This document shows, piece by piece, positions 1 to 10,443 of a DNA stretch of 34,241 bases; positions within the stretch are counted from its first letter, which is position 1, and each line of letters starts with the position of its first letter. The stretch spans positions 1-34,241 of the forward strand of contig CANHJA010000001.1 of the NCBI GenBank assembly GCA_947460795.1, given 5' to 3'. The stretch is from Bacteroidota bacterium (GTDB lineage: Bacteria > Bacteroidota > Bacteroidia > Chitinophagales > Chitinophagaceae). The notes below the pieces were generated by a model that saw nothing but the letters and a program-made list of their open reading frames with translations, searched no databases and was not told the DNA's origin. A program made the position numbers and the translations under genes.

Positions 1-1110
1 ATTTCGAATGATTTGCCCAGCTAAAATTCCTTTTTTTATTAATTTTAATTGAGATGTTAATGCATTATAATAAGCTACGTGATTTTCCTGCATTAATAAA
101 ATATTGCTGTTTTGATTGATAGCAACTAGACCATTCATGTCAATATAATTTGTCAAAACTTCACTTTCAATTGCTAATTTATTTTTATTTTTTTCATACG
201 CTATGTCTTTCATTGAGCCATCTTTCTTTTTAAAACAAGCCAAAAAGAAACCTTCTCCTTTTAATTTATGTGGGAAAAATCGATAGCCTTTACCTTTGTG
301 AATTTCACTTTCTGTTTCCACTATATTCCATTTTTCATCCAATGGTATATTACAACTTTCAACATCAAAATTTCCTAAAATATAGTCGACCATTTCTTCA
401 TTTTCTTCCTGACTAAATGAACAAGTCATATATATTAAAATGCCATCTTGCGCTATACAAGGATAGCTATCATGTAAAATACGTTTTTGTCGTTGTACAC
501 ATAAATTTACATTGTCCTGTGTCCACTCGTCTAAATAACCTGGAATTCTTCTGAATAGTCCAGAACCAGAACAAGGAGCATCCACAATCATTAAATCAAA
601 GTGATTGAATAATTTACCAAAATGAAGTGCGTCGGAATTAGAAATCCAAGTATTTATATTTCCCCATTTCGTTACATTTTCATTTAAAATATTTACACGA
701 GTAGCAATAACTTCATTCGCAATCAACAAAGAATCTTCACTTAACAACGATGATAGCAAAGTTGTTTTTCCTCCTGGTGCAGCACATAAATCCAATGCGG
801 TAAGTTGTTTATTAAAATCAACTAACTGTTTCAATGCAAATTCTAAAAACATCGATGAAGCCTCTTGTACATAATAAGCACCTGCATGTAACAATGGATC
901 AGCAGTAAAATTGGGTCTGTTTTTTAAATAATAGCCATGTTCACTCCAAGGTACTTTTTCTTCAGATTCAAATTGCGTTGTCTGTTTTAATGGATTCATT
1001 CTAACCGATGTAATAGGCTCAGTATGTTGAATGTCATGAAATTCTTCCCAAGAAATATTTAATTTTTTAGGTATACTATGTTCGTAAATATGGTTTAATG
1101 TTTTCGACAA
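1..1110 (-). CDS. rRNA (cytosine-C5) methyltransferase, RsmF/RsmB (NOL1/NOP2/Sun) family; the 3' end runs off the window
   Basis: My own minus-strand translation is open from TTG 1110-1108 down to position 1, with a TAA immediately upstream at 1113-1111. It contains SVRMNPLK, YYVQEASSMF, LDLCAAPGGKTT (SAM motif), and DAPCSGSGLFRR and YMTCSFSQEENE (the two Cys motifs of m5C RNA methyltransferases). The first in-frame ATG (999-997) lies inside the conserved SVRMNPLK block, so the start must be upstream, near the TTG. The ORF is missing from the track because the window edge truncates it. Confidence 0.85.
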   Translation of the reverse strand, partial: MSKTLNHIYEHSIPKKLNISWEEFHDIQHTEPITSVRMNPLKQTTQFESEEKVPWSEHGYYLKNRPNFTADPLLHAGAYYVQEASSMFLEFALKQLVDFNKQLTALDLCAAPGGKTTLLSSLLSEDSLLIANEVIATRVNILNENVTKWGNINTWISNSDALHFGKLFNHFDLMIVDAPCSGSGLFRRIPGYLDEWTQDNVNLCVQRQKRILHDSYPCIAQDGILIYMTCSFSQEENEEMVDYILGNFDVESCNIPLDEKWNIVETESEIHKGKGYRFFPHKLKGEGFFLACFKKKDGSMKDIAYEKNKNKLAIESEVLTNYIDMNGLVAINQNSNILLMQENHVAYYNALTSQLKLIKKGILAGQIIRN

Positions 1111-1159
1111 TTAGGCAGTTTTAAATGTTCAATGTATTTTTAATTTCTAATTTACAAAG

Positions 1160-1669
1160 ATGCGTTTTTTCTTTACAGGATTCATGGGAAGTGGAAAAAG
1201 TTTTTGGGCAAAAAAAATGTCTCTCAGCTTGTCTATACCGTATATTGATTTAGATGAATACATTGAAGTAAAAGAAAAAATGACAATTTCTGATATTTTC
1301 AATCTTAAAGGCGAAGCTTACTTTCGACAATATGAAAATCTTTGCCTCAAGGAAATCGTTTCCTTACATGATCATTTTATACTTTCATGTGGTGGAGGAA
1401 CACCTTGTTTTCATGACAATAAAAAAATCATGAAAGCATTGGGTAAAATTATATTTCTTGATGTGTCAATTGAAACACTAACGAAAAGACTCATAGAAAA
1501 TAAGGAACAGCGTCCAATATTGAGAAACATTCCAAATGATGAAATGCAAACCTACATTGAAAATTTAATGTCATTTCGCAAAACTTTCTATGAAGATTAT
1601 GATATAAAAGTAGATGCTGATTTGATAAATGAAACTACCTTTGTGGATCTATTAAAACAATATGTATAA
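1160..1669 (+). CDS. aroK: shikimate kinase
   Basis: 169-aa ORF with the P-loop GFMGSGKS and an SCGGG block, and a size typical of AroK. It overlaps the next ORF by 8 nt (ATGTATAA). Confidence 0.9.
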   Translation: MRFFFTGFMGSGKSFWAKKMSLSLSIPYIDLDEYIEVKEKMTISDIFNLKGEAYFRQYENLCLKEIVSLHDHFILSCGGGTPCFHDNKKIMKALGKIIFLDVSIETLTKRLIENKEQRPILRNIPNDEMQTYIENLMSFRKTFYEDYDIKVDADLINETTFVDLLKQYV

Positions 1670-2051
1670 ACCATCACTCATAGCAGGTACCATTTTTGCC
1701 ATGACGGCAGTTGTTTTTGGTGCATTTGGAGCACATTATCTAAAAACAATTTTTACACCCGAAATTCTTTTGAGTTTCGAAACAGGTGTAAAATATCAAT
1801 TTTACCATGCATTTGCACTCATTGCGTTGGGAATTTATGCGAAGTTTTCGAATCATCCCGTTCATTGGATACATCGTTTATTTACTTTAGGCACTTTGTT
1901 TTTTTCAGGTTCTATATATGTACTGTGTTATTTTAAAGCTACACTTCAAATTGGTCTCGGAGGTATAGGCATTATTACACCAATAGGAGGTTTGTTAATG
2001 ATTGCTGCTTGGGCTATGTGGTTGCTAAATATCCTGAAAATTAAAGAATAG
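1662..2051 (+). CDS. DUF423 (YgdD-like) small integral membrane protein
   Basis: 129 aa with four hydrophobic helices. The GAFGAH motif after helix 1 and the YQFYHA block are typical of DUF423. Confidence 0.75.
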   Translation: MYKPSLIAGTIFAMTAVVFGAFGAHYLKTIFTPEILLSFETGVKYQFYHAFALIALGIYAKFSNHPVHWIHRLFTLGTLFFSGSIYVLCYFKATLQIGLGGIGIITPIGGLLMIAAWAMWLLNILKIKE

Positions 2052-2081
2052 CTTTAGTTGTAGAAAAAAATCTTCAGCAAT

Positions 2082-4016
2082 TTATTCGCCCGAACTGTTT
2101 TCATTTAGTTTATTCGCTAAATCGAATGCTTTGTTATTATTTAATTGTGCATTTTGATTATCGCCAATTTGTGCATATAATTTTGATGCAATTTGATACC
2201 ATTCTGGTGTACTATTTGGATCAATTTCAATTGCTTTATTGATGGCCATAATGGCATCTTGAAATTTGCCTATATTCGCTAAACTTATTGCATAAAAGTA
2301 CCAAATGTTTTCATTTGATTGATCCAATTTTAAATTATTGGCATATTTTTCTGCAGCAAAAGCAAAGTTGTTTTTTTGTAATGAATCAAATGCAATAATA
2401 TCCTCTTTATTTTTTCGTTCAATAACTACGCAAAGTGGAACTCCATCTGCTTCTACTGTGTGAACTACATTCGCTGGAGGCCATTTTTTATTCAACAACA
2501 TTTCAGAACTAATAAACCTTGAATAAGCGATGAAATAGTCCCAATCCGTATGGTCTCTTTCTCTCCATCTTCCATAATCAACACCAATCCAATTGGTATC
2601 ATTTGCGAAGTATTTATCGCATCCACCGGCACCACTCATATTTGTTAATACTTTTATTTTTCCTTTTTTCTTTCCTTTTAAATTTTTTATCATCCATTCT
2701 CCAGCTTGTTTACCTGAATTTTGATAATAATCAGTTTCATAATATCCAAATGCGCCATTTATACCACCTACTAATTGATTGAAATAGACTACTTGATTTG
2801 GATGATTTTTAAATGAAAAAATGATTTCTGGTAATAATGTAATGAAAGCAATAAGTATCAATAAATAGGGTTTGCCTTTTACTAAATTAGTAAGCAATAA
2901 ATTAAATAAAAGGGCTGCTAATACAACAATAAATGGATATACAAATAATACATGTCTCCAAGTATCATATAGAGTTGATTTGTTGTAAATCATAAATAAA
3001 AGTGGAAAAAGAAAAGAAAAAATAAGTACAATTGAATTAAATTTTCCATATTCTTTAATCGCTTTTTTTATAAAAACAAAAAATAAAATACAACTTAAAA
3101 TAACAATTATAGGACTCGTAATGCCAATCCATTTAAATTCATAATACCATTTTGGAGTTTGGCTGTACATCATTTCTCCTTCGAATAATGTTTTTAATTG
3201 TACAGAAAAATTAGCCATCACTTTCAAAGATTCCAAGGGTGCTGTAAAAGGATTTTCTAAACCATAAGGCCAAAATAGTATCCCTAAAATGTATCCACCC
3301 AGGAAGGCAATAATAATTCCAGTTAAAACATTTTTTAATAATTTTTTATCTTCATTAAAATAGGATTGTACATTTTTTCTATTTATTAAATAATAATAAG
3401 CTGTAAACAATCCTATAAATACCAATAATAAAAATCCACCAGCAGGTCTTACTGCTAAAGTTAATCCAAAGCCCAATCCTAAACCGACTAAATTGCTTTT
3501 GTATTTATTTGGAAAATCAATTAAAAAGGAGATGATAAAATAGATCCCCATAACAAAACCGGCAGCAAAAGGGATGTCTTTTGGATTGTTCATACTTTCG
3601 CCAAATATTTTTGGTGAGAATACTACAAATAGCAATGCAATAATTCCAACGTACCATTTTTTGCTAATTTTAGTAGCTAATAATCCTGTAAAAATCATCA
3701 ATAAAATACCAAATGAGGCATTGAAAAAATGACGTAAATTTAAAATCGGAATGGATGGAAATAACCTGTGAAAACCTTCTGTGATAAATTCAAAAAAACC
3801 ACCATATAATTCAACATGAGAATATTGAAGTCCTTTCGCTGTATAATCTAATGCTTGTTTGGAATCTTTTGTAAAATAATCCCAAATATCTTGACCGTAA
3901 ATAATATGTAACCATTCATCACCTGATTGCCCATATTTAGAACTTACAGTTAGCATCACAATGGATATGATTAAACTCAATGCAATGAAAATATATTTGT
4001 ATGTTTTTTGTTCCAT
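2082..4016 (-). CDS. GT-C fold membrane glycosyltransferase (GT39/GT83, PMT/ArnT-like) with a C-terminal TPR domain
   Basis: 644 aa. A polytopic N-terminal domain of about 430 aa has an acidic SGDEW in the first loop. A soluble C-terminus carries TPR-like repeats (NIWYFYAISLANIGKFQDAIMAINKAIEIDPNSTPEWYQIASKLYAQIGDNQNA). It lies 5 nt downstream of the GT2 gene in the same orientation. Confidence 0.7.
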   Translation of the reverse strand: MEQKTYKYIFIALSLIISIVMLTVSSKYGQSGDEWLHIIYGQDIWDYFTKDSKQALDYTAKGLQYSHVELYGGFFEFITEGFHRLFPSIPILNLRHFFNASFGILLMIFTGLLATKISKKWYVGIIALLFVVFSPKIFGESMNNPKDIPFAAGFVMGIYFIISFLIDFPNKYKSNLVGLGLGFGLTLAVRPAGGFLLLVFIGLFTAYYYLINRKNVQSYFNEDKKLLKNVLTGIIIAFLGGYILGILFWPYGLENPFTAPLESLKVMANFSVQLKTLFEGEMMYSQTPKWYYEFKWIGITSPIIVILSCILFFVFIKKAIKEYGKFNSIVLIFSFLFPLLFMIYNKSTLYDTWRHVLFVYPFIVVLAALLFNLLLTNLVKGKPYLLILIAFITLLPEIIFSFKNHPNQVVYFNQLVGGINGAFGYYETDYYQNSGKQAGEWMIKNLKGKKKGKIKVLTNMSGAGGCDKYFANDTNWIGVDYGRWRERDHTDWDYFIAYSRFISSEMLLNKKWPPANVVHTVEADGVPLCVVIERKNKEDIIAFDSLQKNNFAFAAEKYANNLKLDQSNENIWYFYAISLANIGKFQDAIMAINKAIEIDPNSTPEWYQIASKLYAQIGDNQNAQLNNNKAFDLANKLNENSSGE

Positions 4017-4021
4017 TTTTA

Positions 4022-4774
4022 TTACAGTTTATAATTCGATTTTAATTTTAATAATTCTAAAGGCACTTTGAAATAATCGGATAATTTTATTTTTGATCCT
4101 TTTACATCGTCCCATTTTTTTATGAAAAATTCCTGTGCTATATCATTGATTTGTTGTTGTGAATAATGTTGAATGGATTTGCAAAATAATTCAATATCAA
4201 AAAACCATTTAGATTTAAAAGGAGCTGAAAAAATGATTGGTATAATAGACGGTCTGAAAAATTTAAAACCACATTGGGTGTCATAAATAGGAGTTTTAAG
4301 AATCCATACACTAACAACTGTTGCAAACATTCGGCCTAAAACAAAACGGATGAATTTTCGATGTATGTTTCCGCCCATGTGCATAATTCTGGAGCCAAAT
4401 ACAAATAATTTATTATTTTCATTAAAAACAGACACTATACGCTCAACTTCTTCTAAAGGCGTAGCTAAATCGGCATCTAAAAAACCAATAATGTCAAAAT
4501 TGTTTTTTCCATGCAAATGGTTTATTCCATTCCGAACCGTTTCTGCTTTTCCCATATTGTGTGGGTTGTTTAGCACCTCAATTTGTAAAGGATATTTATT
4601 CGCAAATTCTTGTAAAATTGTCAAGGTATTGTCGCTGCTTCCATCATTTACAAAACAATAGTAATGGTTTTTGAATGTAATAATATCTTGTTCAAAAGAA
4701 GGAATAGAAATCCTGTTTCCTTCATTATAGCAGGGAACAACCATTCCAATATTAAAAGTTGTTGAATCTGACAT
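4022..4774 (-). CDS. GT2 family glycosyltransferase, polyprenyl-phosphate hexosyltransferase-like (DPM1/ArnC/GtrB class)
   Basis: 250 aa with GT-A motifs VVPCYNEG, NDGSSDNT and LDADL (DxD). Its start overlaps the stop of the upstream methyltransferase gene. Confidence 0.85.
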   Translation of the reverse strand: MSDSTTFNIGMVVPCYNEGNRISIPSFEQDIITFKNHYYCFVNDGSSDNTLTILQEFANKYPLQIEVLNNPHNMGKAETVRNGINHLHGKNNFDIIGFLDADLATPLEEVERIVSVFNENNKLFVFGSRIMHMGGNIHRKFIRFVLGRMFATVVSVWILKTPIYDTQCGFKFFRPSIIPIIFSAPFKSKWFFDIELFCKSIQHYSQQQINDIAQEFFIKKWDDVKGSKIKLSDYFKVPLELLKLKSNYKL

Positions 4775-5508
4775 TATTTAATAATTTTTCCATGAGAGAC
4801 GCATGTAACTCCCATTAATTTGTTGTTTTTTAAATGATTGGCATCAAATGCCGAAATAGTATACAATACTTTATTAACTATTGGTGATGCTGGTTGCATT
4901 TCTGATGTATAATTTTTCTTTGGAGGCAACAGATTGGCAATTTTTCTCATTATCCAAACCAAAGGAAAAAGAGTGCCATACAAATAGTAAATATTGTTAT
5001 AGGTGTATTTACAATTGTCCAATAAATTTTTTAAGCTAGAAATTGTATATCGTCTAAAATGTTCTAAATAAACATCATGTTGCGACCACAAGGATTGAAA
5101 TGCAGGTACTGTTATGAAAAAATAATTACAATCTCCAACGCAATTGTTTTTGATCGAATTCAACATTAAATCATCATGTTCCAAATGTTCTAAAACATCC
5201 ATCATAATTACCAATGTGTTTGAAATCGTATCTGGTATTTTATGTTGTTTTACCAATCTCGTGTTTTGAGAAGCAAGCATTTCTTCTTCTGTATATTCAA
5301 TGTCAATTAAGTAGCACTTATTTATTTTTGTTGGAAATTCTTCTAAAATGATTCGGGCAAAAAATCCTGTTCCAGAGCCTACATCAATGATGTCATAGGT
5401 AATATCATCCGGTAGTTTTCTAAAAAAATCAAACAAAGGCAATTTCTTACTTTGATAATACCAATGCGTATCTTGATTAATCCCTGAATTAATTTCCTTT
5501 ATATCCAT
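4774..5508 (-). CDS. class I SAM-dependent methyltransferase
   Basis: 244 aa with motif I IDVGSGTGFF and an acidic post-I LIDIE. It is the first gene of a three-gene minus-strand operon with the GT2 and GT-C genes. Confidence 0.8.
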   Translation of the reverse strand: MDIKEINSGINQDTHWYYQSKKLPLFDFFRKLPDDITYDIIDVGSGTGFFARIILEEFPTKINKCYLIDIEYTEEEMLASQNTRLVKQHKIPDTISNTLVIMMDVLEHLEHDDLMLNSIKNNCVGDCNYFFITVPAFQSLWSQHDVYLEHFRRYTISSLKNLLDNCKYTYNNIYYLYGTLFPLVWIMRKIANLLPPKKNYTSEMQPASPIVNKVLYTISAFDANHLKNNKLMGVTCVSHGKIIK

Positions 5509-5632
5509 ATAATAAATTAAGCGTAAATTGTTTAGTTTGTAAATATAATTGTCTTTTATTTTATACCAACAGAAAAATGCTCAATTCTTATGCAGGCATT
5601 GAAATAAATTTACTTGGTAAGTATGAAAGTGA

Positions 5633-7066
5633 TTAATTAATTTTAGTGATCTTAATCACATTGGTCGGTAAATGCTCTTTTACAGGCGTACTTCCTGTGC
5701 TGATTACGACTTGTTCGGACTGCAATAATCCCTTTTCCTTTAAAAAATCAATTTGATCAGAAATCATTTCATCTAAGCTATTTTCTTTGTCGTAATAAAA
5801 AGCTTGGACACCCCAACTTAAACTCAATTGATTAATCAGTGATTGTGTTTGAGTAAATATGTACAAAGGAGCGTGGGGCCTAAAACTAGATAACATAAAG
5901 CCAGTATAACCACTTTGCGTCATTCCTATAATTGCGTTGGCTTTTACATCTTCGGCTATTTTGCAGGCATTATAACATAAAGCATCCGATAAAAATGAAG
6001 GCGAGTGGGCTTGTGGAATTAAGTTTTGATGATATACTGTTTCCTCTTTTTCAACTTCTGAAATAATTTTACTCATCGTTTCAACGACCAATGAAGGATG
6101 ATTTCCCATTGCAGTTTCTCCACTTAGCATAACCGCGTCTGCTCCTTCTAGTACTGCATTTGCTACATCAGAAATTTCACTTCGATTGGGTTTTACACGA
6201 TCAATCATGCTTTCCATCATTTGTGTAGCAATAATAACTGGTTTAGCACGATGAATGCATTTACGCACAATTGTTTTTTGAATCATTGGAATTTGTTCTA
6301 CAGGCAATTCTATTCCTAAATCGCCACGAGCAACCATTACTGCGTCGCTAGCTAAAATAATCTCACGAATATTAATTACTGCTTCAGGCTTTTCAATTTT
6401 CGCTATAATTTTCGCATTGCTTCCTTTGTCTTTCAAAATTTTACGCAAATGTGTAATATCCTTTGGTTCACGAACAAAAGAAAGTGCCACCCAATCAATA
6501 TTTTCACCAATGATAAAATCAATGTCTTGCAAATCTTTTTCTGTAATGGCAGGCAAAGAAACTTTTGTTTCAGGTAGATTTATTCCTTTTTTAGAGCTTA
6601 ATAAACCAGGTGTGGTTACAATTGCCGATACATCATTATTGGAGTGTATTTCTGAAATTTTTACTTCAATTTTTCCATCATCAATTAATATTTTTTCACC
6701 CACTTTCACATCATTATGAAAATTTTGATACGATAAATAAACCCGTTCTTTTGTGCCTAAACATTTTTCCGATGTAAAGGTGATTGTTTCTCCTTCTGTT
6801 AATTCTACACCATTGTTTTCAACTTCTCCTATTCGTAATTTAGGACCTTGCAAATCTCCTAAAATGGCGATATTAAATGGGTAATTTGCGTTTATTTGAT
6901 TGATTAAATCAATAACTACTTTATGATCTTCATGTTTTCCATGTGAAAAATTTAATCTAAAAACATCTACGCCTGCATGTACTAGTTTTAATAATCCTTC
7001 ATAAGTATTACAAGCTGGGCCTACAGTTGCTATAATTTTTGTTTTCTGATTATTTCGTTGCGTCAT
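5633..7066 (-). CDS. pyk: pyruvate kinase
   Basis: 477 aa with KIIATVGPA, FRLNFSHG, MVARGDLGIE and a C-terminal allosteric domain. Confidence 0.95.
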   Translation of the reverse strand: MTQRNNQKTKIIATVGPACNTYEGLLKLVHAGVDVFRLNFSHGKHEDHKVVIDLINQINANYPFNIAILGDLQGPKLRIGEVENNGVELTEGETITFTSEKCLGTKERVYLSYQNFHNDVKVGEKILIDDGKIEVKISEIHSNNDVSAIVTTPGLLSSKKGINLPETKVSLPAITEKDLQDIDFIIGENIDWVALSFVREPKDITHLRKILKDKGSNAKIIAKIEKPEAVINIREIILASDAVMVARGDLGIELPVEQIPMIQKTIVRKCIHRAKPVIIATQMMESMIDRVKPNRSEISDVANAVLEGADAVMLSGETAMGNHPSLVVETMSKIISEVEKEETVYHQNLIPQAHSPSFLSDALCYNACKIAEDVKANAIIGMTQSGYTGFMLSSFRPHAPLYIFTQTQSLINQLSLSWGVQAFYYDKENSLDEMISDQIDFLKEKGLLQSEQVVISTGSTPVKEHLPTNVIKITKIN

Positions 7067-7181
7067 GATGTAAAATTAATGATTTATTTTGAGTGAATAA
7101 TTATTCATTTATAAAAACTAGCTAATATATATGACACATTTTATTAAAAACAATTCAATTTTGATGAAATATTTAACTTTA

Positions 7182-7214
7182 TTGCTATAAATTGACGTTT
7201 TTTTCATACATTTG
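7182..7214 (+). promoter_or_regulatory. candidate sigma-A promoter of rplY (Bacteroidota type)
   Basis: An exact -7 box TACATTTG (TAnnTTTG) sits at 7207-7214, 55 nt upstream of the ATG. The -33-like ATTG at 7181-7184 gives a 22-nt spacer, longer than the ideal 19. Confidence 0.5.
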
Positions 7215-7268
7215 CGCTCTTTAAAATAAAAAAAAGACGTTCAAGGTCTATAACATTGAAAAAAATAT

Positions 7269-7856
7269 ATGAAACTAGTTACAATTGAAGGACAACTTAG
7301 AAGCGATTTTGGCAAAACAGCATCCCGTCAATATCGTTCTGAGGGCAGAGTGCCTTGTGTAATCTATGGTGGGTCAGAAAACATTCACTTTACAGCTACA
7401 CAAAAAGAATTAAAAGGTGTTATTTACACTGCAGAATTTAACAAAGCGGTTATTACTGTTGATGGTAAAACGTACACTTGTATTTTGAAAGATTTACAAT
7501 TTAACAAAACAACAGATGTTGTTACCCACTTAGACTTTTTAGAATTAGTTGAAGGAAAACGTTTAAATGCGAACGTTCCTTTAAAATTCGTTGGTCAATC
7601 TGTAGGTGTAAAATCTGGAGGTCGTTTTGAAATCAAAATGAGTACTATCAAAGTTCGTACAATCCCTAAATATTTAACAACATCAATTGATGTAGATATT
7701 ACTCACTTAGAAATTGGTAAAAATTTACGTATCGAAGATATCAAAGTTGAGAATATTGAAATTATGCACAACAAACGTATTCCTGTTGCTGCAGTAGTTA
7801 CCACTCGTGCTCTTAAACAAGCTGAGAACGAAGCTGCTAAAGCGGGTAAAAAATAA
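7269..7856 (+). CDS. rplY: 50S ribosomal protein L25/general stress protein Ctc (long form)
   Basis: 195 aa with RSEGRVPCVIYGG near the N-terminus and a two-domain length typical of Ctc-type L25. A strong terminator follows. Confidence 0.9.
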   Translation: MKLVTIEGQLRSDFGKTASRQYRSEGRVPCVIYGGSENIHFTATQKELKGVIYTAEFNKAVITVDGKTYTCILKDLQFNKTTDVVTHLDFLELVEGKRLNANVPLKFVGQSVGVKSGGRFEIKMSTIKVRTIPKYLTTSIDVDITHLEIGKNLRIEDIKVENIEIMHNKRIPVAAVVTTRALKQAENEAAKAGKK

Positions 7857-7875
7857 GTTGATTTTTATATCAGCT

Positions 7876-7908
7876 AAAAAAGCGAAGATTTATTCTTCGC
7901 TTTTTTTA
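7876..7908 (+). terminator. Rho-independent terminator of rplY
   Basis: The stem AGCGAAG (7881-7887) pairs with CTTCGCT (7895-7901) around a 7-nt loop. The A-run/T-run flanks can extend it, and T7 follows at 7901-7907. Confidence 0.85.
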
Positions 7909-7958
7909 TTTCAATAAAATTCCATTTTATCATTTAATTTCGCAAAAAATAAAATTTT

Positions 7959-8405
7959 ATGAGTGATATGAAACTAACACAAGGAAAAATACATACGAAT
8001 AAAGGAGTAATGACGTTTGAACTTTTTGACGATGCAACACCCATTGCAGTAGCAAATTTCAAAAAATTAATAGGAGTAAACTTTTACGACGGGATTAAAT
8101 TTCACCGTGTAATCCCTAATTTTATGGTTCAAGCAGGTTGTCCAGATGGAACTGGTGCCGGAGGGCCTGGATACAGCATTAAATGTGAAACTAGCAACGA
8201 AAAACAATTTCACGACAGAGGCGTAATATCGATGGCTCACAGAGGTAGAGATACTGGTGGTTCTCAATTCTTTATTTGTCATAACAGACAAGGTACTGCT
8301 CATTTAGATGGTGTGCATACTGCATTTGGTAAAGTAATTGATGGATTGGATGTTTTAGATTCTATAACAGGTGGTGATGTGATGGAAAAAGTTGAATTGA
8401 TTTAA
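7959..8405 (+). CDS. peptidyl-prolyl cis-trans isomerase, cyclophilin type
   Basis: 148 aa with FHRVIPNFMVQAG, GGSQFFI and HLDGVHTAFGKV cyclophilin blocks. Confidence 0.92.
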   Translation: MSDMKLTQGKIHTNKGVMTFELFDDATPIAVANFKKLIGVNFYDGIKFHRVIPNFMVQAGCPDGTGAGGPGYSIKCETSNEKQFHDRGVISMAHRGRDTGGSQFFICHNRQGTAHLDGVHTAFGKVIDGLDVLDSITGGDVMEKVELI

Positions 8406-8422
8406 TAAAATCTTTCTAAAAA

Positions 8423-9679
8423 TTGCAAGTCATACTTTTTATATTTTATTGTGTTCTCTTTTCTTATTTTTTTTATATTTATAAATTAGATAGTAATACT
8501 GGACTTTCAATAAAAATAATTGTAGGGCTTTTTTTATTTAAAATTGTTGGAGGATGTATTAACTTATATGTGCATTACAACGATTATATCACCAATGATA
8601 TCGGTTTTTATTTTGAGCAATCTGTTCATGAATTAGCGAATATGAAATATAATCCCATTGCTTTTTTAAAAGAATGGTTATTTAATTGGGGCGATTCGTC
8701 AGGGAAATTAAACATGTTTGAAAAAGAAAACATGTCTTTTTGGAGTTCTATAGGAATGCAGGTGCATTATAAATACATGACATTGGCCAATATTTTTTCA
8801 TTGGGTAATATTTATGTAGATGTTATTTTATTTAATGTTATGTATTTTATTGGTCAGCTGTATTTGTACAAAACACTTTATTTAAACGCACCTCATAAAA
8901 AATATCTATTTTTAGTTGTAGTATTTTTAATTCCTTCTGTTGTTTTTTGGTGCAGTGGTATCCACAAAGACGGCATCATTCTTTCATGTATTGGCTTTAT
9001 TTCTTACTCTATAAATCAATTTCTAGCAACTAAAAACAGCTTGAAGTTATTTGTTGGTATTTTATTTTTAAGCCTACTTTTTATAACACGATATTTTTAT
9101 TTGTTATGTATTTTTCTACCAATAATGCTTTGGATATTCACAAATAAATCGAAATACAAATTGACGATTTTTAGTGTAACTTATTTACTAGCTTTTATTA
9201 TTTTATTTAATGTCAATTCGCTTTTTCCTGCTATTAAACCATTAGAATTAATTTCTAATAAACAAAAGGATTTTATAAATTTGATAGGGTATTCTGATAT
9301 GGAAACTCCTTTATTAGAAAATAATTTTATGAGTTATGTGAAAAATTTTCCAACCGCTCTAAACCATATATTTTTAAAGCCTTCATTTCATTACAACGAA
9401 TATTTTAAATATAAAATCTCCGCTTTAGATTCTTGGCTTGTTTTCAGCTTGATTATATTATTCAGCGTTTATATCAAAAGAAAAAATCTACACAATGGAT
9501 TTTTCCTTTTTTTATTATTTTTTGGGTCAACAGTCTATTTGTTCATTGGTTATACGATTCCCAATGCTGGAGCATTAGTAAGATATAAAAGTGAATTCAC
9601 AGTGGTTTTATTATCTGCATTAGTGGGCTTAAGTGAAGTTCCTTTTTTGAAAAGAATGTATTCTAAAGATATTATTTAG
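8423..9679 (+). CDS. polytopic integral membrane protein of unknown family (possible GT-C-like transferase)
   Basis: 418 aa and about 10 or more hydrophobic helices. I recognise no soluble domain. The track start is a TTG; the first ATG is 72 codons in, so the start is uncertain. Its 3' end overlaps the convergent GT2 gene by 8 nt. Confidence 0.6.
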   Translation: MQVILFIFYCVLFSYFFYIYKLDSNTGLSIKIIVGLFLFKIVGGCINLYVHYNDYITNDIGFYFEQSVHELANMKYNPIAFLKEWLFNWGDSSGKLNMFEKENMSFWSSIGMQVHYKYMTLANIFSLGNIYVDVILFNVMYFIGQLYLYKTLYLNAPHKKYLFLVVVFLIPSVVFWCSGIHKDGIILSCIGFISYSINQFLATKNSLKLFVGILFLSLLFITRYFYLLCIFLPIMLWIFTNKSKYKLTIFSVTYLLAFIILFNVNSLFPAIKPLELISNKQKDFINLIGYSDMETPLLENNFMSYVKNFPTALNHIFLKPSFHYNEYFKYKISALDSWLVFSLIILFSVYIKRKNLHNGFFLFLLFFGSTVYLFIGYTIPNAGALVRYKSEFTVVLLSALVGLSEVPFLKRMYSKDII

Positions 9680-10388
9680 CTTTAAAAAGGCCATATTTTA
9701 AAATGCAATAAATAGCTCTGAAGCCATCTTTCCAGCCAATTTTTTTACCTTCTTCATATGTTCTTCCATAATAGGAAATACCTAATTCGTATATTCTTAT
9801 GTTTTTTATTCTAGATAATTTTGCCGTAATCTCAGGTTCGAAACCAAATCTATTTTCTGTTAAATTTAATGATTGAAAAATATCTCTGCGAACAATTTTA
9901 TAGCATGTTTCCATGTCTGTTAAATTCAAATTGGTAAACATATTTGATAATTTAGTCAAAAACTTATTTCCAATACTGTGCCAATAAAATAAAATACGAT
10001 GGGGTTTTCCTCCTATAAATCTTGAGCCATAAACAACATCAGCGAAACCATTTACAATTGGTTTAAGCAACAAGTTGTATTCTTCGGGGTCATATTCTAA
10101 GTCGGCATCTTGTATGATAATGTAGTCACCCGTTGCCTTTTGAATGCCAGTTCGAATGGCAGCCCCTTTTCCTTGATTGTATGAATGTTTATAGTACGTA
10201 ATCGTTATTTCAGGATTTTCTGCTTGGTATTTAATGATAGATTCTTCAGTATTGTCATTAGAAAAATCGTTGACAATAATCAATTCACGTTCAATATTAT
10301 GAATTAATTCAACCGATTTAATTTTATTTAAAATAAGATGAATTGTTGAACCTTCATTGTAGGCTGGAATAATGATGCTTAATTTCAT
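9672..10388 (-). CDS. GT2 family glycosyltransferase, polyprenol-phosphate mannose/glucose synthase-like
   Basis: 238 aa with [33 protein letters not shown] and GSRF, all typical of DPM1-like enzymes. Confidence 0.85.
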   Translation of the reverse strand: MKLSIIIPAYNEGSTIHLILNKIKSVELIHNIERELIIVNDFSNDNTEESIIKYQAENPEITITYYKHSYNQGKGAAIRTGIQKATGDYIIIQDADLEYDPEEYNLLLKPIVNGFADVVYGSRFIGGKPHRILFYWHSIGNKFLTKLSNMFTNLNLTDMETCYKIVRRDIFQSLNLTENRFGFEPEITAKLSRIKNIRIYELGISYYGRTYEEGKKIGWKDGFRAIYCILKYGLFKAK

Positions 10389-10443
10389 ATAATGGGATGC
10401 TGTTTTGCAAATTCTATTTTGTTACTTTGTAAAAATATGTTAA

